Below are positions 21,111-30,003 of a stretch of DNA of 64,000 bases, in pieces; the stretch's first letter is position 1; the number at the start of each line of letters is the position of its first letter. This DNA comes from an uncultured delta proteobacterium (GTDB taxonomy: Bacteria > Desulfobacterota > Binatia > UBA9968). The position numbers were made by a program, and so were the translations under genes. The notes below the pieces were generated by a model. It saw only the letters and a program-made list of their open reading frames with translations, did not search any database and was not told the origin of the DNA. The stretch spans positions 96,001 to 160,000 of the forward strand of contig CAVWLW010000050.1 in NCBI GenBank assembly GCA_963755715.1. The letters are read 5' to 3'.

Positions 21111-21542
21111 CTATTGTGGCTTAGGTATCGAATTGATCGGTCCGTGTGATTTGGCCGTGCTCTTGACGAGAAGAGGCTGAATTATCCGAATCAAGATTTC
21201 GCGATTGATTGGCTTTTGAATAAATCCTCCGAATACTTCGGAAACAAGTTTCCAAGCTGCCTCCGAAAAATAGCCTGACATGAGAACCACGGGTATGTGC
21301 GGCCATCTGGCACGAGCACGGACCGCGAATGCGATACCATCCAGGTTGGGCATCCGTAGGTCTGTGATAATTAAATCGAAGCAGGACTTCTCAAGTAAGT
21401 CTAGGGCTTGGACCCCGTCGTCTGCTTCTGTGAAGACATAGTCAGGCTGTCGGAGGATCCTGGTAAGTAGGATGCGAGTCGCCGGATCATCGTCCACGAG
21501 AAGGATATTAAAAGGGCCGGCGATCGCCACATCGGACTGCAT
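21111..21542 (-). CDS. Stand-alone response-regulator receiver
   Basis: ILLVDDD, DLIITDLRMP, MSG, FIQKP. Confidence 0.9.
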   Translation of the reverse strand: MQSDVAIAGPFNILLVDDDPATRILLTRILRQPDYVFTEADDGVQALDLLEKSCFDLIITDLRMPNLDGIAFAVRARARWPHIPVVLMSGYFSEAAWKLVSEVFGGFIQKPINREILIRIIQPLLVKSTAKSHGPINSIPKPQ

Positions 21543-21917
21543 GCGTTTGTTTGCTGCTTTCGGTCTTCTGACTACGCAAATGGGCTGCCCAAGGACTTTC
21601 GATAATTTTACGAAGGATTTCTATAATTTTCGTGACAGTTTTGACGTTGGTTGTCCGAAATTTTCTAACAGTCTGGGGGTTTTCACCGTCACATAAACGA
21701 AGAGGCAGCCTTGCAGAGGGATCGTACGCATCGCCTTCGTAATCCAAGGAGATGTGTCATTGCAAGACCTTACCCCGAGTTTGCGCGCTAGCAGGATAAG
21801 TCCGTGCATAATTCGACTCCACTCGATTTCAACTCAACAGCTTCTAATCCCTGAAGCCAACAAGAAAAGTAGCCTGTCCCTTTTCTTCCCTCGTGGGTTT
21901 GACTCCCTCTCGACGCT

Positions 21918-22892
21918 TTATCTGGATGGGATGCCCTTTTCTATGATCAGCCCCGCTCCCAGTTCGCGTTCAAACACTTGAATTTCACGATATCCAAACG
22001 TGCGCATCGTTTGTTCCAAGACGACCAGTCGCGGCAGGATTTCGTCAATATCTTTTACCTTCTTTAACTCGCCGAACTCCACGTCAGACATAGCTTTCAG
22101 TGCCGCGATTTTCTTCGACACGGTCTCGAGTGAAAGCCGCACCCCGTCCACTCGATCTTGGGATAGAAGGTAACGGGCCGCATCCTCCATTTCCACGCCC
22201 GCATAGCCATCGCGGTTCTTCATAAAATCGGCGGCAAGAAGATGGGGCGACAATTCCTGATGATACCGCTCACTCGCCTCGGCAAACGTTGCCGCCGGCT
22301 GAAAAAACTGCTGAAACGCGATCCAATGACCCAATTGCAAGATGCTCCATTGATAACCGCGCACCGAGGAGGCCACTAATTCAATCGTCCGACTGCCGTT
22401 ATCGATGACCGCAAAATTACCCGTCCCTAGCGTGCCGACCAGATACGCCAGCTGCGATTCACGTTCTTGAGAGGCAATTTCCAAGGGCAGGTGGAGCGAC
22501 TTGGCGATTTCTACCACCTCACCCTGGTTTTTGGCCTCCCGAAATGCGGCGGTGGCCACAGCCGCGCGCTTCTGGATCCCCCTCGATTCACAAACCGCCA
22601 AATATTTTTCCAAGGTCCGTCGGATTTCTTTTAGCTTGGGCGGGCTGATCACACCGGTCTTTGAGATGTCATCGCCCACACCCACGTGGTTTTTTATAAA
22701 CTGATGCTGAATGTAGCCGCCCGCCTTCATCTCGCCGACCATGACCTTGAAGCTATTGCTCCCCATATCGATCGCGCAGATCAAGCCCGTATCGGAGGCC
22801 ACGGCGGAGAAAGGAAAGAGCAACCCCATGAGAAGCAGCAATACAATCATAAGTCCCTCCGGTTGGGTGCATTTTGGGATCACGCTTTTCAT
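21918..22892 (-). CDS. Ppx/GppA-like ASKHA protein with N-terminal signal/TM segment
   Basis: AIDMGSNSFK, VATAAFREAKN, VIDNGSRTIE, ELGAGL. Confidence 0.75.
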   Translation of the reverse strand: MKSVIPKCTQPEGLMIVLLLLMGLLFPFSAVASDTGLICAIDMGSNSFKVMVGEMKAGGYIQHQFIKNHVGVGDDISKTGVISPPKLKEIRRTLEKYLAVCESRGIQKRAAVATAAFREAKNQGEVVEIAKSLHLPLEIASQERESQLAYLVGTLGTGNFAVIDNGSRTIELVASSVRGYQWSILQLGHWIAFQQFFQPAATFAEASERYHQELSPHLLAADFMKNRDGYAGVEMEDAARYLLSQDRVDGVRLSLETVSKKIAALKAMSDVEFGELKKVKDIDEILPRLVVLEQTMRTFGYREIQVFERELGAGLIIEKGIPSR

Positions 22893-22963
22893 TGGCGGTC
22901 TTTGGGCTCCCATACAGGAGTCGAACTTTAGGTGATTCGATCGGCAGTACCTGGCGTTTAAAC

Positions 22964-23212
22964 CTATGTGCGACGCATAATGTGGAGGGCGATGTAGGGA
23001 ACCAGGTTGAAGAGAAGGATGCCGATCTTGAAGATCGACATCCCGGCGTAGTGAAGCATGTCGAACTGCTCGACTGACAAGCGAAACCACCGGCTGTGCA
23101 ATAGATACATCCGATCGTGCGCCAGCACGAAGAACAAAAACCACACTAAAAGGATTGCATAGTTGATGACGGTACACCATACCAGCGCTTTGCGCGTTAT
23201 CTCGAGAGTCAT
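22964..23212 (-). CDS. Small membrane protein (DUF6868-like)
   Basis: WCTVINYAILLVWF..FDMLHYAGMSIFKIGILLFNLVPYIAL. Confidence 0.75.
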   Translation of the reverse strand: MTLEITRKALVWCTVINYAILLVWFLFFVLAHDRMYLLHSRWFRLSVEQFDMLHYAGMSIFKIGILLFNLVPYIALHIMRRT

Positions 23213-23299
23213 TGTCTACCGCCAATCCGCCGATGGCCTTCGGCCGTGAGAATGCCATTCTTTGTTTCCGTCGAGATAAGTTAGCTCGTTAAAGAATTG

Positions 23300-23398
23300 A
23301 GGACACGTGATAAGCGTATCCTCTGGGAATCCTCGGCACGCAGCGCTTCTAACATACAGCCACATCACCTTCAATGAAAAGTAGCCTGTTCCCTTTTC
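23300..23398 (-). pseudogene. RAYT left-end motif plus N-terminal remnant
   Basis: Minus strand AAAAGGGAACAGGCTACTTTTC, then GTG start MPRIPRGYAYHV at 23339. Confidence 0.55.
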
Positions 23399-23463
23399 TT
23401 CCCCCAATTTTTTCCTCAGCCGCGTGTTTAGCAAAAAGAAACATTCGTGGCATACTCCGTTTC

Positions 23464-24024
23464 ATGTTTTTATCACATCAAACAATTGAGAAGTACATTG
23501 ATGAAGGCAAAATCCTTATTGAGCCTGACTTTGATAAGAAAAATATACGCCCCGTCGGTATCCGTATCCATCTCGCCAAACATCTGCTTCTACCCGAGCC
23601 TAATCAGGTTGTAAGTCTAACGGTGGCGCAGGAACTCAAATATAAGGAAATCGATCTGACTACAGAGGACTTTCTATTGGAACCAGGGCAATTTGTTCTT
23701 GGAGCAAGTTATGAAGCGATACAAACTCCTCCAAACGTATTGGCCATTTTAGATGGGAGAAGCACGGTAGCTCGTCTCGGTCTTACCATTCATATAACCG
23801 CTTCTGTGATTGACGGAACATTCGAGACGCCACACGTCGCGGTGTTAGAAATCAAAAACCTGGGGAACTTTAAAATCAGATTAAACTTTAAAGATCCAGT
23901 AGCCATGATGCTTTTTGCAGAGTTAAAGGATCCTGTAACGCAAAAATTACAGACCCAATACGGTGGTGGTCAAAGCAAAGCAACTCCCCCGAATTTACGA
24001 TTTAGAACCGGCGATGATAAATAA
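23464..24024 (+). CDS. dcd: dCTP deaminase (dUTPase fold), AT-rich
   Basis: FLLEPGQFVLG, DGRSTVARLGLTIHITASVID, LEIKNLG. Confidence 0.85.
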   Translation: MFLSHQTIEKYIDEGKILIEPDFDKKNIRPVGIRIHLAKHLLLPEPNQVVSLTVAQELKYKEIDLTTEDFLLEPGQFVLGASYEAIQTPPNVLAILDGRSTVARLGLTIHITASVIDGTFETPHVAVLEIKNLGNFKIRLNFKDPVAMMLFAELKDPVTQKLQTQYGGGQSKATPPNLRFRTGDDK

Positions 24025-24361
24025 GTCATCTCGGTCACTCGAACGGAACGAAGCACATGGCACCTTGAGACAAAACTTTCCACCTTCGTCTCCGGTGCTC
24101 CGAAATAACCTTGCTCCTTCCAAAAAATTGTGAACCTTTGAATCTTCAATGGAAGTCCGGATCTGAAGGTTTTGATCGAAGCGCATCCTTCGATTTACTC
24201 AGAGCCCGTCCTGAGTTTTATCGAAGGAACGAGCGGATGTCCGGGCCGGTCATGGTGATTCCTCGATGGGCTCGGAACTGAAGGCCGTCGAGGAAGCCTG
24301 CCGTGAGGCTTCTCGAACGGCCGAACCATTGAACGACTGGAACGTTTTGAACAAATTTTTT

Positions 24362-24424
24362 GGTAACACGGTGAGTGATGTGCCAAATGTAACCAGGCAG
24401 AAAGTGGCGGTTGGCGCGTGGCAT
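24362..24424 (-). pseudogene. RAYT N-terminal remnant
   Basis: MPRANRHFLPGYIWHITHR. Confidence 0.65.
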
Positions 24425-24639
24425 CGTTTTTATTAGAGGTCGCTTTTGGCTTGAAAAATCCACCGCTGAGCTCTTAAACGATGCTTTCTACGCTATGTTC
24501 TATTGTCAAATCAAGATGTTGCCGTGGTCCGACCCGGCGCTTTATTGCTCTTGCCTTCGTCCGACGGATGTTGTTGAATCCCAATCGAGAAAAGGAGATC
24601 ACGGTCGGAGCCAAGCCTGGTTTCGCTGTGAGATTGGCT

Positions 24640-25132
24640 ATGAAAACTGTCAGAATCATTGCTCTGATCGCACTGATCGCTATCCCTAGCTCGTCTTACG
24701 CCTGGTCTGCGAGGCGGAGCGGTCGTCGTTAGACCCGGTTTTTCCAGCGGGGTCGTTGTCGCCAGACCTGGTTTCGCCAATGGCGTCGTTTTCGTCAGAC
24801 CCGCATTTCCCGGACGCTTTGTCGCGGGCCGAGTCGTCGTCAATCCGGTTTTCTATCCCTGGCCCTATTATTTTTCTTCACCCTACATTTATTACTATCC
24901 GTCGAGCTATTACTATCCGTCGAGCTCAGTTTATTCTTACCCTTATACTGTACCACCCTCGACCCCGTCCGCGCCGACTCCACGTGGCGCCTACGATCGC
25001 GGCTACGCCGAGGGGTACTCGCAGGGTTACGAAGAGGCTCTGAAAGCGCGCGACAAAGAACGCTACGAGGAAGGGAAAAAACAGGGCTACGAACAAGGCT
25101 ATGAGGCCGGCAAAGAAGCTCCGAACCCCTGA
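24640..25132 (+). CDS. Secreted low-complexity Tyr/Pro-rich protein with GxxxG repeats (frameshift near 24712)
   Basis: Signal MKTVRIIALIALIAIPSSSYA; repeated VVxRPGF; YYYPSS; YDRGYAEGYSQGYEE..GYEQGYEAG. Confidence 0.6.
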
Positions 25133-25210
25133 TCCACTGTCGTCCCGCGAATTAGAAATAACTCGCAGTTCATAGCGCTAGTTATAGTCGTCGGCCATGA
25201 GCTGAGGCCA

Positions 25211-25350
25211 TTAAAAAGGGGAGCAGCTACTTTTCTTTTCGATCCTACGTCTACCGCGTGCACGTAATGCGCTTGCGAGTCCGAATCTCATCGCGATTTG
25301 CGCTTGCCAATCTTTCCTTCCGAACGGTCTCTGTCGATTGACGTCACGGA
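25211..25350 (-). pseudogene. RAYT C-terminal remnant with end motif
   Basis: VNRQRPFGRKDWQAQIAMRFGLASALRARGRRRIEKKSSCSPF, ending in AAAAGTAGCTGCTCCCCTTTT. Confidence 0.7.
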
Positions 25351-25547
25351 TTACACGGCGGATGTGGCATTGAATGACCGGGAGCGCTGGGGTCACGGCA
25401 CAGCGCTGGAGTCAGGCATGAGTTGTTGACTTAATCCTAAGCAAACGCTGCAGCTCCGACTCTGATCGCTTGTCCCGTGCCGCCGCGTAGGCCGCGTGCA
25501 ATCGGCTGACGATACTGAAAAACCGCTGGTCCGAATTACGAGACCAG

Positions 25548-25780
25548 ATGAGAACACGATACATTAATGCGATGCTACCCGAGGTGAACAAAGCCTTGCA
25601 GCGACGAGCAATGCTTGAACCTAGATATGAAACCGAGTGGGGCTTTCGTGTCAAATCGAAAGGGGAGCAGGCAATCGCAAACGCATTGCGATTCTACACG
25701 ATAACCGACCCAAACACGCTTGAGTGTAAGAGAATTACTCTTTTATATGAACCTTTGTTTCGCATTCCTGACACCAACAA
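25548..25780 (+). pseudogene. Possible fragment of a PD-(D/E)XK nuclease-like domain
   Basis: GFRVKSKGEQAIANAL...LYEP pattern; similarity ends soon after. Confidence 0.4.
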
Positions 25781-25959
25781 GCGGCCGCCATTCGCCTACA
25801 AGGCTTCGATATCCGGAAGCGGCGGCTCAGCATTCTGGGGCTTGGTGGACAGCCCGATTCAAAGGCAGATATCGTTGACGATCACCAAGACTTGGTAGGC
25901 AAGCTGAAGGCGGAATTCTGAGATTCACGCGTCTCGTTCACACGACTAGGGAGGAAAAG

Positions 25960-26526
25960 ATGAGTTCAGGGATTTTTCGGTTCTTCGGCGCCTCTGTCGC
26001 CACGATGTTGTTTGTTGGCTTCGCCTTGGCCCCAACACCGGCGCCGGCGCAGGGCCTGCAATGTGCCAGCAATCCTTTGATCGGGACGTGGCGACTGAAT
26101 CTTCAGAAATCCACGATCACCCGGAACAACGGTGTAATCGAACCGCGCATCATGATCATCGCTCCGTTTGGAGATAACGGAATCACGGAAGTGTTCATCA
26201 ACGACCGTGACCCACGCCTAGTGGGACGGTGGGAGATGTGGTCGGTGCAGTTCGACGGGAAGCCATACCCCACCAAAGGCGGTGATCCGCGTCAGATGCG
26301 CTGGACACGGATTGACTGCAACACCTTTCAGCACGAGACCTTACGCCAGCTCTATTACAATCTGCCGGGCGGCACCGTGAAAGAATACGTCCCTGAGGGT
26401 CGCGTCAGCTCCGGAGGGCGTATTACCGTCTCTGCTGATGGAAAAACGCTCACCAATAAACACACAGGAACACTGGGCAACCAGACGCGGTATGAGGATG
26501 AAATCCTCGTCTTTGACAGGCAGTAG
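25960..26526 (+). CDS. Secreted lipocalin-like beta-barrel protein
   Basis: Signal peptide; NPLIGTWRLNLQKS, FDGKPYP, VSADGKTLT, LVFDRQ; GGAGG RBS. Confidence 0.75.
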   Translation: MSSGIFRFFGASVATMLFVGFALAPTPAPAQGLQCASNPLIGTWRLNLQKSTITRNNGVIEPRIMIIAPFGDNGITEVFINDRDPRLVGRWEMWSVQFDGKPYPTKGGDPRQMRWTRIDCNTFQHETLRQLYYNLPGGTVKEYVPEGRVSSGGRITVSADGKTLTNKHTGTLGNQTRYEDEILVFDRQ

Positions 26527-26642
26527 GCGGGCACCAGCTCAGTCGCGCGAAGACGCGTGAGTGCTACGCCGGCGGACGCGCGCCGTAGGCGCGGCATGCC
26601 GCCATTTCTGCGAACTAACGATGGCGTGTCCGGTTTGCATCA

Positions 26643-26671
26643 CAATTTTCGGGACAATTTCGGGACAATTT
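26643..26671 (+). repeat. Tandem TTTCGGGACAA repeats (possible integrase arm-type sites)
   Basis: CAATTTTCGGGACAATTTCGGGACAATTT, about 130 bp from the tRNA fragment. Confidence 0.5.
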
Positions 26672-26799
26672 ACACGCATTATTAGCACTGATTCACACCG
26701 CCTTGCACATGGGGCGACATGAGCGAAACACAAACAAAAACGTCGGCTTCCGAAGAATACCGCCGTTTGTTCGAGGGTTAGCTTGAAACCGGCTCGCTA

Positions 26800-26845
26800 G
26801 CCTTTCACGCCGATAACACGGGTTCAAATCCCGTCGGGGACGCCA
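26800..26845 (+). tRNA. 3' fragment of tRNA-Glu(TTC); att scar, not a complete tRNA
   Basis: CTTTCAC anticodon loop, GGTTCAAATCC T arm, GGGGACGCCA end; no GTCCCC 5' acceptor strand or D arm upstream. Confidence 0.8.
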
Positions 26846-27162
26846 AATTCCTCCTTCATTTACACGCTTCGCATTTGCAAAATCATCCTCTGAAATTTCA
26901 GTTTTCATTTCAGTTTCGGCCAAGAGGAAAACTTCTACGTTCCGGAGCCTACCGGCGACGCCAGTCAATCTATCCTTATGATAAAATCCCGGTTCACCCA
27001 AAAGTTCCAACCATCTACGCTGTTGATCGCCATTCCTCTGATGTCACGATCACGAAACACGACCACGATTTCCCAAAACATTAGGGATCCCAGTTGACGA
27101 CAGTTTGCAGGCGCGTGTGGCGTGGCGCGACTTGCGACCGCTGGCGACCCTCGTGGCGCTCG

Positions 27163-27843
27163 TCAAGGCCGCGTAAAAACGATCGGTCCGATAAACGACT
27201 CGGCGCTGGAGCGCGTATCGTCCGAATCGATCCCGAGCGAGAGGGCGTTAGGGTTGTTCGGCGCTTCGCCATAGATCTTACGGAAGTCTTCGACGACATT
27301 GCGGCGCTCGGTAATCCATTTGCCGAGTTCGTCGGCGCCCGAGCGCAGCACGACATAAGTCACCGTGGAGGTCTTCTCGCTCTTGCAGATCGTGCCAGCC
27401 GGCGCTGTCGAATCCCAAACATAGCCGATGATGCGTGAGCGCACGGCCTCGGGCGTGCGCAGCCACGCGACGTAAACCTGCGCGGCCTCGTCGTCGGTCG
27501 ACTTGTGGCAGGCATTGCCGCCGGTGGGAAGCGTCATAACCTTCCATCTCCACTCGATGATCGGCGTCTCTTTGAGATCGACCGAAGCTTTGAGGTCGCG
27601 AATGATCGCGGAAGTTTCACCCTTGCTCCTCAGGTGCAGGACCGGCTGACCGTCGTCCGAAACGATCTCGAGGTCGTAGGCGGGCTTTCCCCAGGTCTGC
27701 TCCTTCCAGTCGCGCGGAATGCCCCGCGTACCGTGCGGATACGAGCGCCAGTCCTCGACGACGACGCGATCGGCTGCCCACGCGGTGGCAACCACGGCGC
27801 AGGCGACGGCTAAAACGACGCGGCGCGCACGAGTCGAATTCAT
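27163..27843 (-). CDS. DUF3047 secreted protein
   Basis: TPIIEWRWKV..LP, DDEAAQVYV, IGYVWDS, WITERRNVVEDF, DSDDT. Confidence 0.85.
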   Translation of the reverse strand: MNSTRARRVVLAVACAVVATAWAADRVVVEDWRSYPHGTRGIPRDWKEQTWGKPAYDLEIVSDDGQPVLHLRSKGETSAIIRDLKASVDLKETPIIEWRWKVMTLPTGGNACHKSTDDEAAQVYVAWLRTPEAVRSRIIGYVWDSTAPAGTICKSEKTSTVTYVVLRSGADELGKWITERRNVVEDFRKIYGEAPNNPNALSLGIDSDDTRSSAESFIGPIVFTRP

Positions 27844-27907
27844 GGCAAAGTTTTCATGTCCTGCGCAAATTTTCCGGCGGCTAGACTAGTGTATCCCCAA
27901 GAAAAAA

Positions 27908-27973
27908 CTCACCGCGGAGGGACAGAGGACGCTGCGAATGAGAGTAAAAAATCCTCTGCGCCTCTGTGGTGAA
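27908..27973. repeat. Imperfect hairpin repeat CACCGCGGAG...CTCTGTGGTG
   Basis: Inverted arms; a half copy CTCACCGCGGAGG lies at 5324. Confidence 0.5.
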
Positions 27974-28206
27974 TTATCCTTACGGAACGTTCTTGGTCGC
28001 GGCTCAGCCGCACTGGGGCTTATAGTTCTAGCATTCCCGGGAGGCGAGGACGGTTCAAGGCCAGAAAGAAAAAAATTTCTAGGTCAAATCTTTTACTGTC
28101 CAGCCTACTGCATCGGGAACGACATGATTGCGGTTGGGGGAAAGGATAAGGGCGAAGGGATAAAGGATAAAACCGTGATCGTGATTCGTGATCGTGTCCG
28201 GAAAGC

Positions 28207-28230
28207 ACGTTTTGAGAATTCTCAAAACGT
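28207..28230. repeat. Perfect 24-bp palindrome ACGTTTTGAGAATTCTCAAAACGT, one of five related copies
   Basis: Related copies at 19679-19702, 29268-29290, 30058-30081 and 30209-30231. Confidence 0.8.
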
Positions 28231-28304
28231 CAAAATGGCGGCGATCAGCCTGAGGCGCCGAATCGGCACCTCAGGTCTGATTTGGGTCTTTGGAAAGCTT
28301 GCGT

Positions 28305-28865
28305 CTATTTGGCTGCGATTGCGAGTTGGGACATCTTCAGCGCGACGCCAAGCGGCAATGGATTATCGCCGGTACTTAGGGCCGTGCCCAATCTTTCGAT
28401 CTCCCACGATGAGACCTTTTCACTGGGGGCAGGGGCTTCTTTTGCGGCGGTCTGCAATTTATCGGCCTGGGGCAGTTTGATCAGGTATTTGACATTGTTC
28501 CCGTCGCTTAGAGTCACCGAGAGAACCATCTGTTTGCCTTCTTCGGTGGCCAAGGTTTGAAGCCCGGCGATTCGAGTCGAAAGGCTGGTCTTGTTCACGG
28601 TATCCGCATAGAGCCAGATGAAGGCACCGATGAAGGAGGCCACCACCAACCAGCCATACTGGCCAACCCGTTTCTGGCGCTTTATCGACCGGCTTCTCTG
28701 TTGATCGAAGAATTTGCGGTAGGATTCCTTTTCCGCCGTTAGTCTCTTGACTGTATCTTGCTCCGTGGAACTCGGCGGTTGATTGAAACCGAGGTCCCAG
28801 CTGTTCAGTATCATTCCCAGGATCAGCAACCCCATTGGAACAGCGATTATAATTAGAGGATTCAT
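28305..28865 (-). CDS. Hypothetical membrane protein (2 TM)
   Basis: 186 aa, AGGAG RBS, two hydrophobic segments. Confidence 0.7.
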   Translation of the reverse strand: MNPLIIIAVPMGLLILGMILNSWDLGFNQPPSSTEQDTVKRLTAEKESYRKFFDQQRSRSIKRQKRVGQYGWLVVASFIGAFIWLYADTVNKTSLSTRIAGLQTLATEEGKQMVLSVTLSDGNNVKYLIKLPQADKLQTAAKEAPAPSEKVSSWEIERLGTALSTGDNPLPLGVALKMSQLAIAAK

Positions 28866-29169
28866 AACTCTCCTTTTTCAGGCTCTACTGAGCCTTTGGA
28901 TATTGGAAGAGGGAGGGATCTGAACCGGGTTTACGTTCGCTGCCGAACCAAAGCGGAAGTCCATGCCACCGTTGGGTATGGGGACGGACCTACTACCTCT
29001 TGCGCGCCATTACAGCTCTCGCCTTTACCAAATAAGCTTAACCATTGGCGGCGGTGATTGCTGTCTAATATTGGACAATGTTGAAAAGAATTATCGCTAA
29101 GGTCTGGAGGTCGATTCAAAGGTTCAAGCCCCCTAGTCGGTCGCCACGTTCATTACGGGGAGATCGGGT

Positions 29170-29228
29170 CCGTTCATGGGTTCGATCCTTCGGACAGCCT
29201 CAGAACAGGCTAAGCTCACCATGAACGG
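29170..29228. repeat. REP-like nested hairpin CCGTTCATGG...CCATGAACGG
   Basis: Inverted arms; a related CCTTCGA..CTCAG..CTGAG..TCGAAGG hairpin lies at 24187-24226. Confidence 0.55.
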
Positions 29229-29317
29229 AATAATTTGCACGAACTCCCTAACCGGAGGGAGCCTTCCACGTTTCCGGAATTGCGGAAACATGGAAATTAA
29301 CTCTCCGGCCGGATAAG

Positions 29318-29476
29318 TCAGGGTTTTTCGGCGACCACCTTGCCGTTTTTCCAGACGTAGACGGGAGTGCCATACATACGCGCGGTCTTGCGCGCCGTCT
29401 TGGCCGCGCGGCGGAGAGCGCGGCCGACGGCGAGAGTTAGCGGTGACGGTACGATTTTCTTGGTTTGTGACTTCAT
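29318..29476 (-). CDS. Small basic partner protein of the zeta-toxin-like ATPase (52 aa)
   Basis: MKSQTKKIVPSPLTLAVGRALRRAAKTARKTARMYGTPVYVWKNGKVVAEKP; ATGA overlap with the upstream gene; below the ORF-track cutoff. Confidence 0.75.
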   Translation of the reverse strand: MKSQTKKIVPSPLTLAVGRALRRAAKTARKTARMYGTPVYVWKNGKVVAEKP

Positions 29477-30003
29477 GGTCCCTGCTCTATAACTTTGGGT
29501 ACATCACTGGAATTATCATACACCGTCCACTCATCCGCTAAAAGTCGATAAGACTTTTGAAGATTGATCCAGCTTCGCGTGAACCGGCGCAACACATCTC
29601 TGCGCGGCACGTTATGGCCGCCTTGTCTGACGCGAGCGGCGATACGCCGGAGCGCGAGTTGTGGGGATGAGATCCACAGATATACAATTTCGATTCGCCA
29701 GCCGGCCGCTTTCCAGCGCTTCAACCGTCTCATGTAGGTAAGTCCGCTCAGCGTGCTCTCAAAGGCGAAATCTTCTCTGGCTCGCGCGAGCCGGTCCAGT
29801 TCACGCAGAAATAAGCGGCCCGCGGCCAGCGCCGCGAGTTCCGGTCGCAACGGAGAGAGTCCGCTAGCAATGAGATCCGGATTGATGAAATGGACGACGC
29901 CTGCCTCCTTGGATAAAAACTCGCGCGCAAAAGTCGTTTTTCCCGCTCCATTCGGTCCGGCGATGATGATGCAACGTGGAGATGAACCCGCTGACTTATT
30001 CAT
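29473..30003 (-). CDS. Zeta-toxin-like P-loop ATPase/kinase
   Basis: IAGPNGAGKTT, FINPD, FAFESTLSG, RVRQGGHNVP, VYDNS. Confidence 0.88.
   Translation of the reverse strand: MNKSAGSSPRCIIIAGPNGAGKTTFAREFLSKEAGVVHFINPDLIASGLSPLRPELAALAAGRLFLRELDRLARAREDFAFESTLSGLTYMRRLKRWKAAGWRIEIVYLWISSPQLALRRIAARVRQGGHNVPRRDVLRRFTRSWINLQKSYRLLADEWTVYDNSSDVPKVIEQGP

Noticed and set aside
21621-21750. Decayed RAYT N-terminus (ARLPLRL) next to the 21760 motif
   Set aside because: The match is too short and degenerate to call.
23464-24024. Anti-phage dCTP deaminase
   Set aside because: This is the dUTPase-fold Dcd, not the kinase plus Zn-deaminase defence architecture.
26770-26845. Complete tRNA-Glu gene
   Set aside because: The 5' acceptor strand, D arm and most of the 5' anticodon stem are missing.
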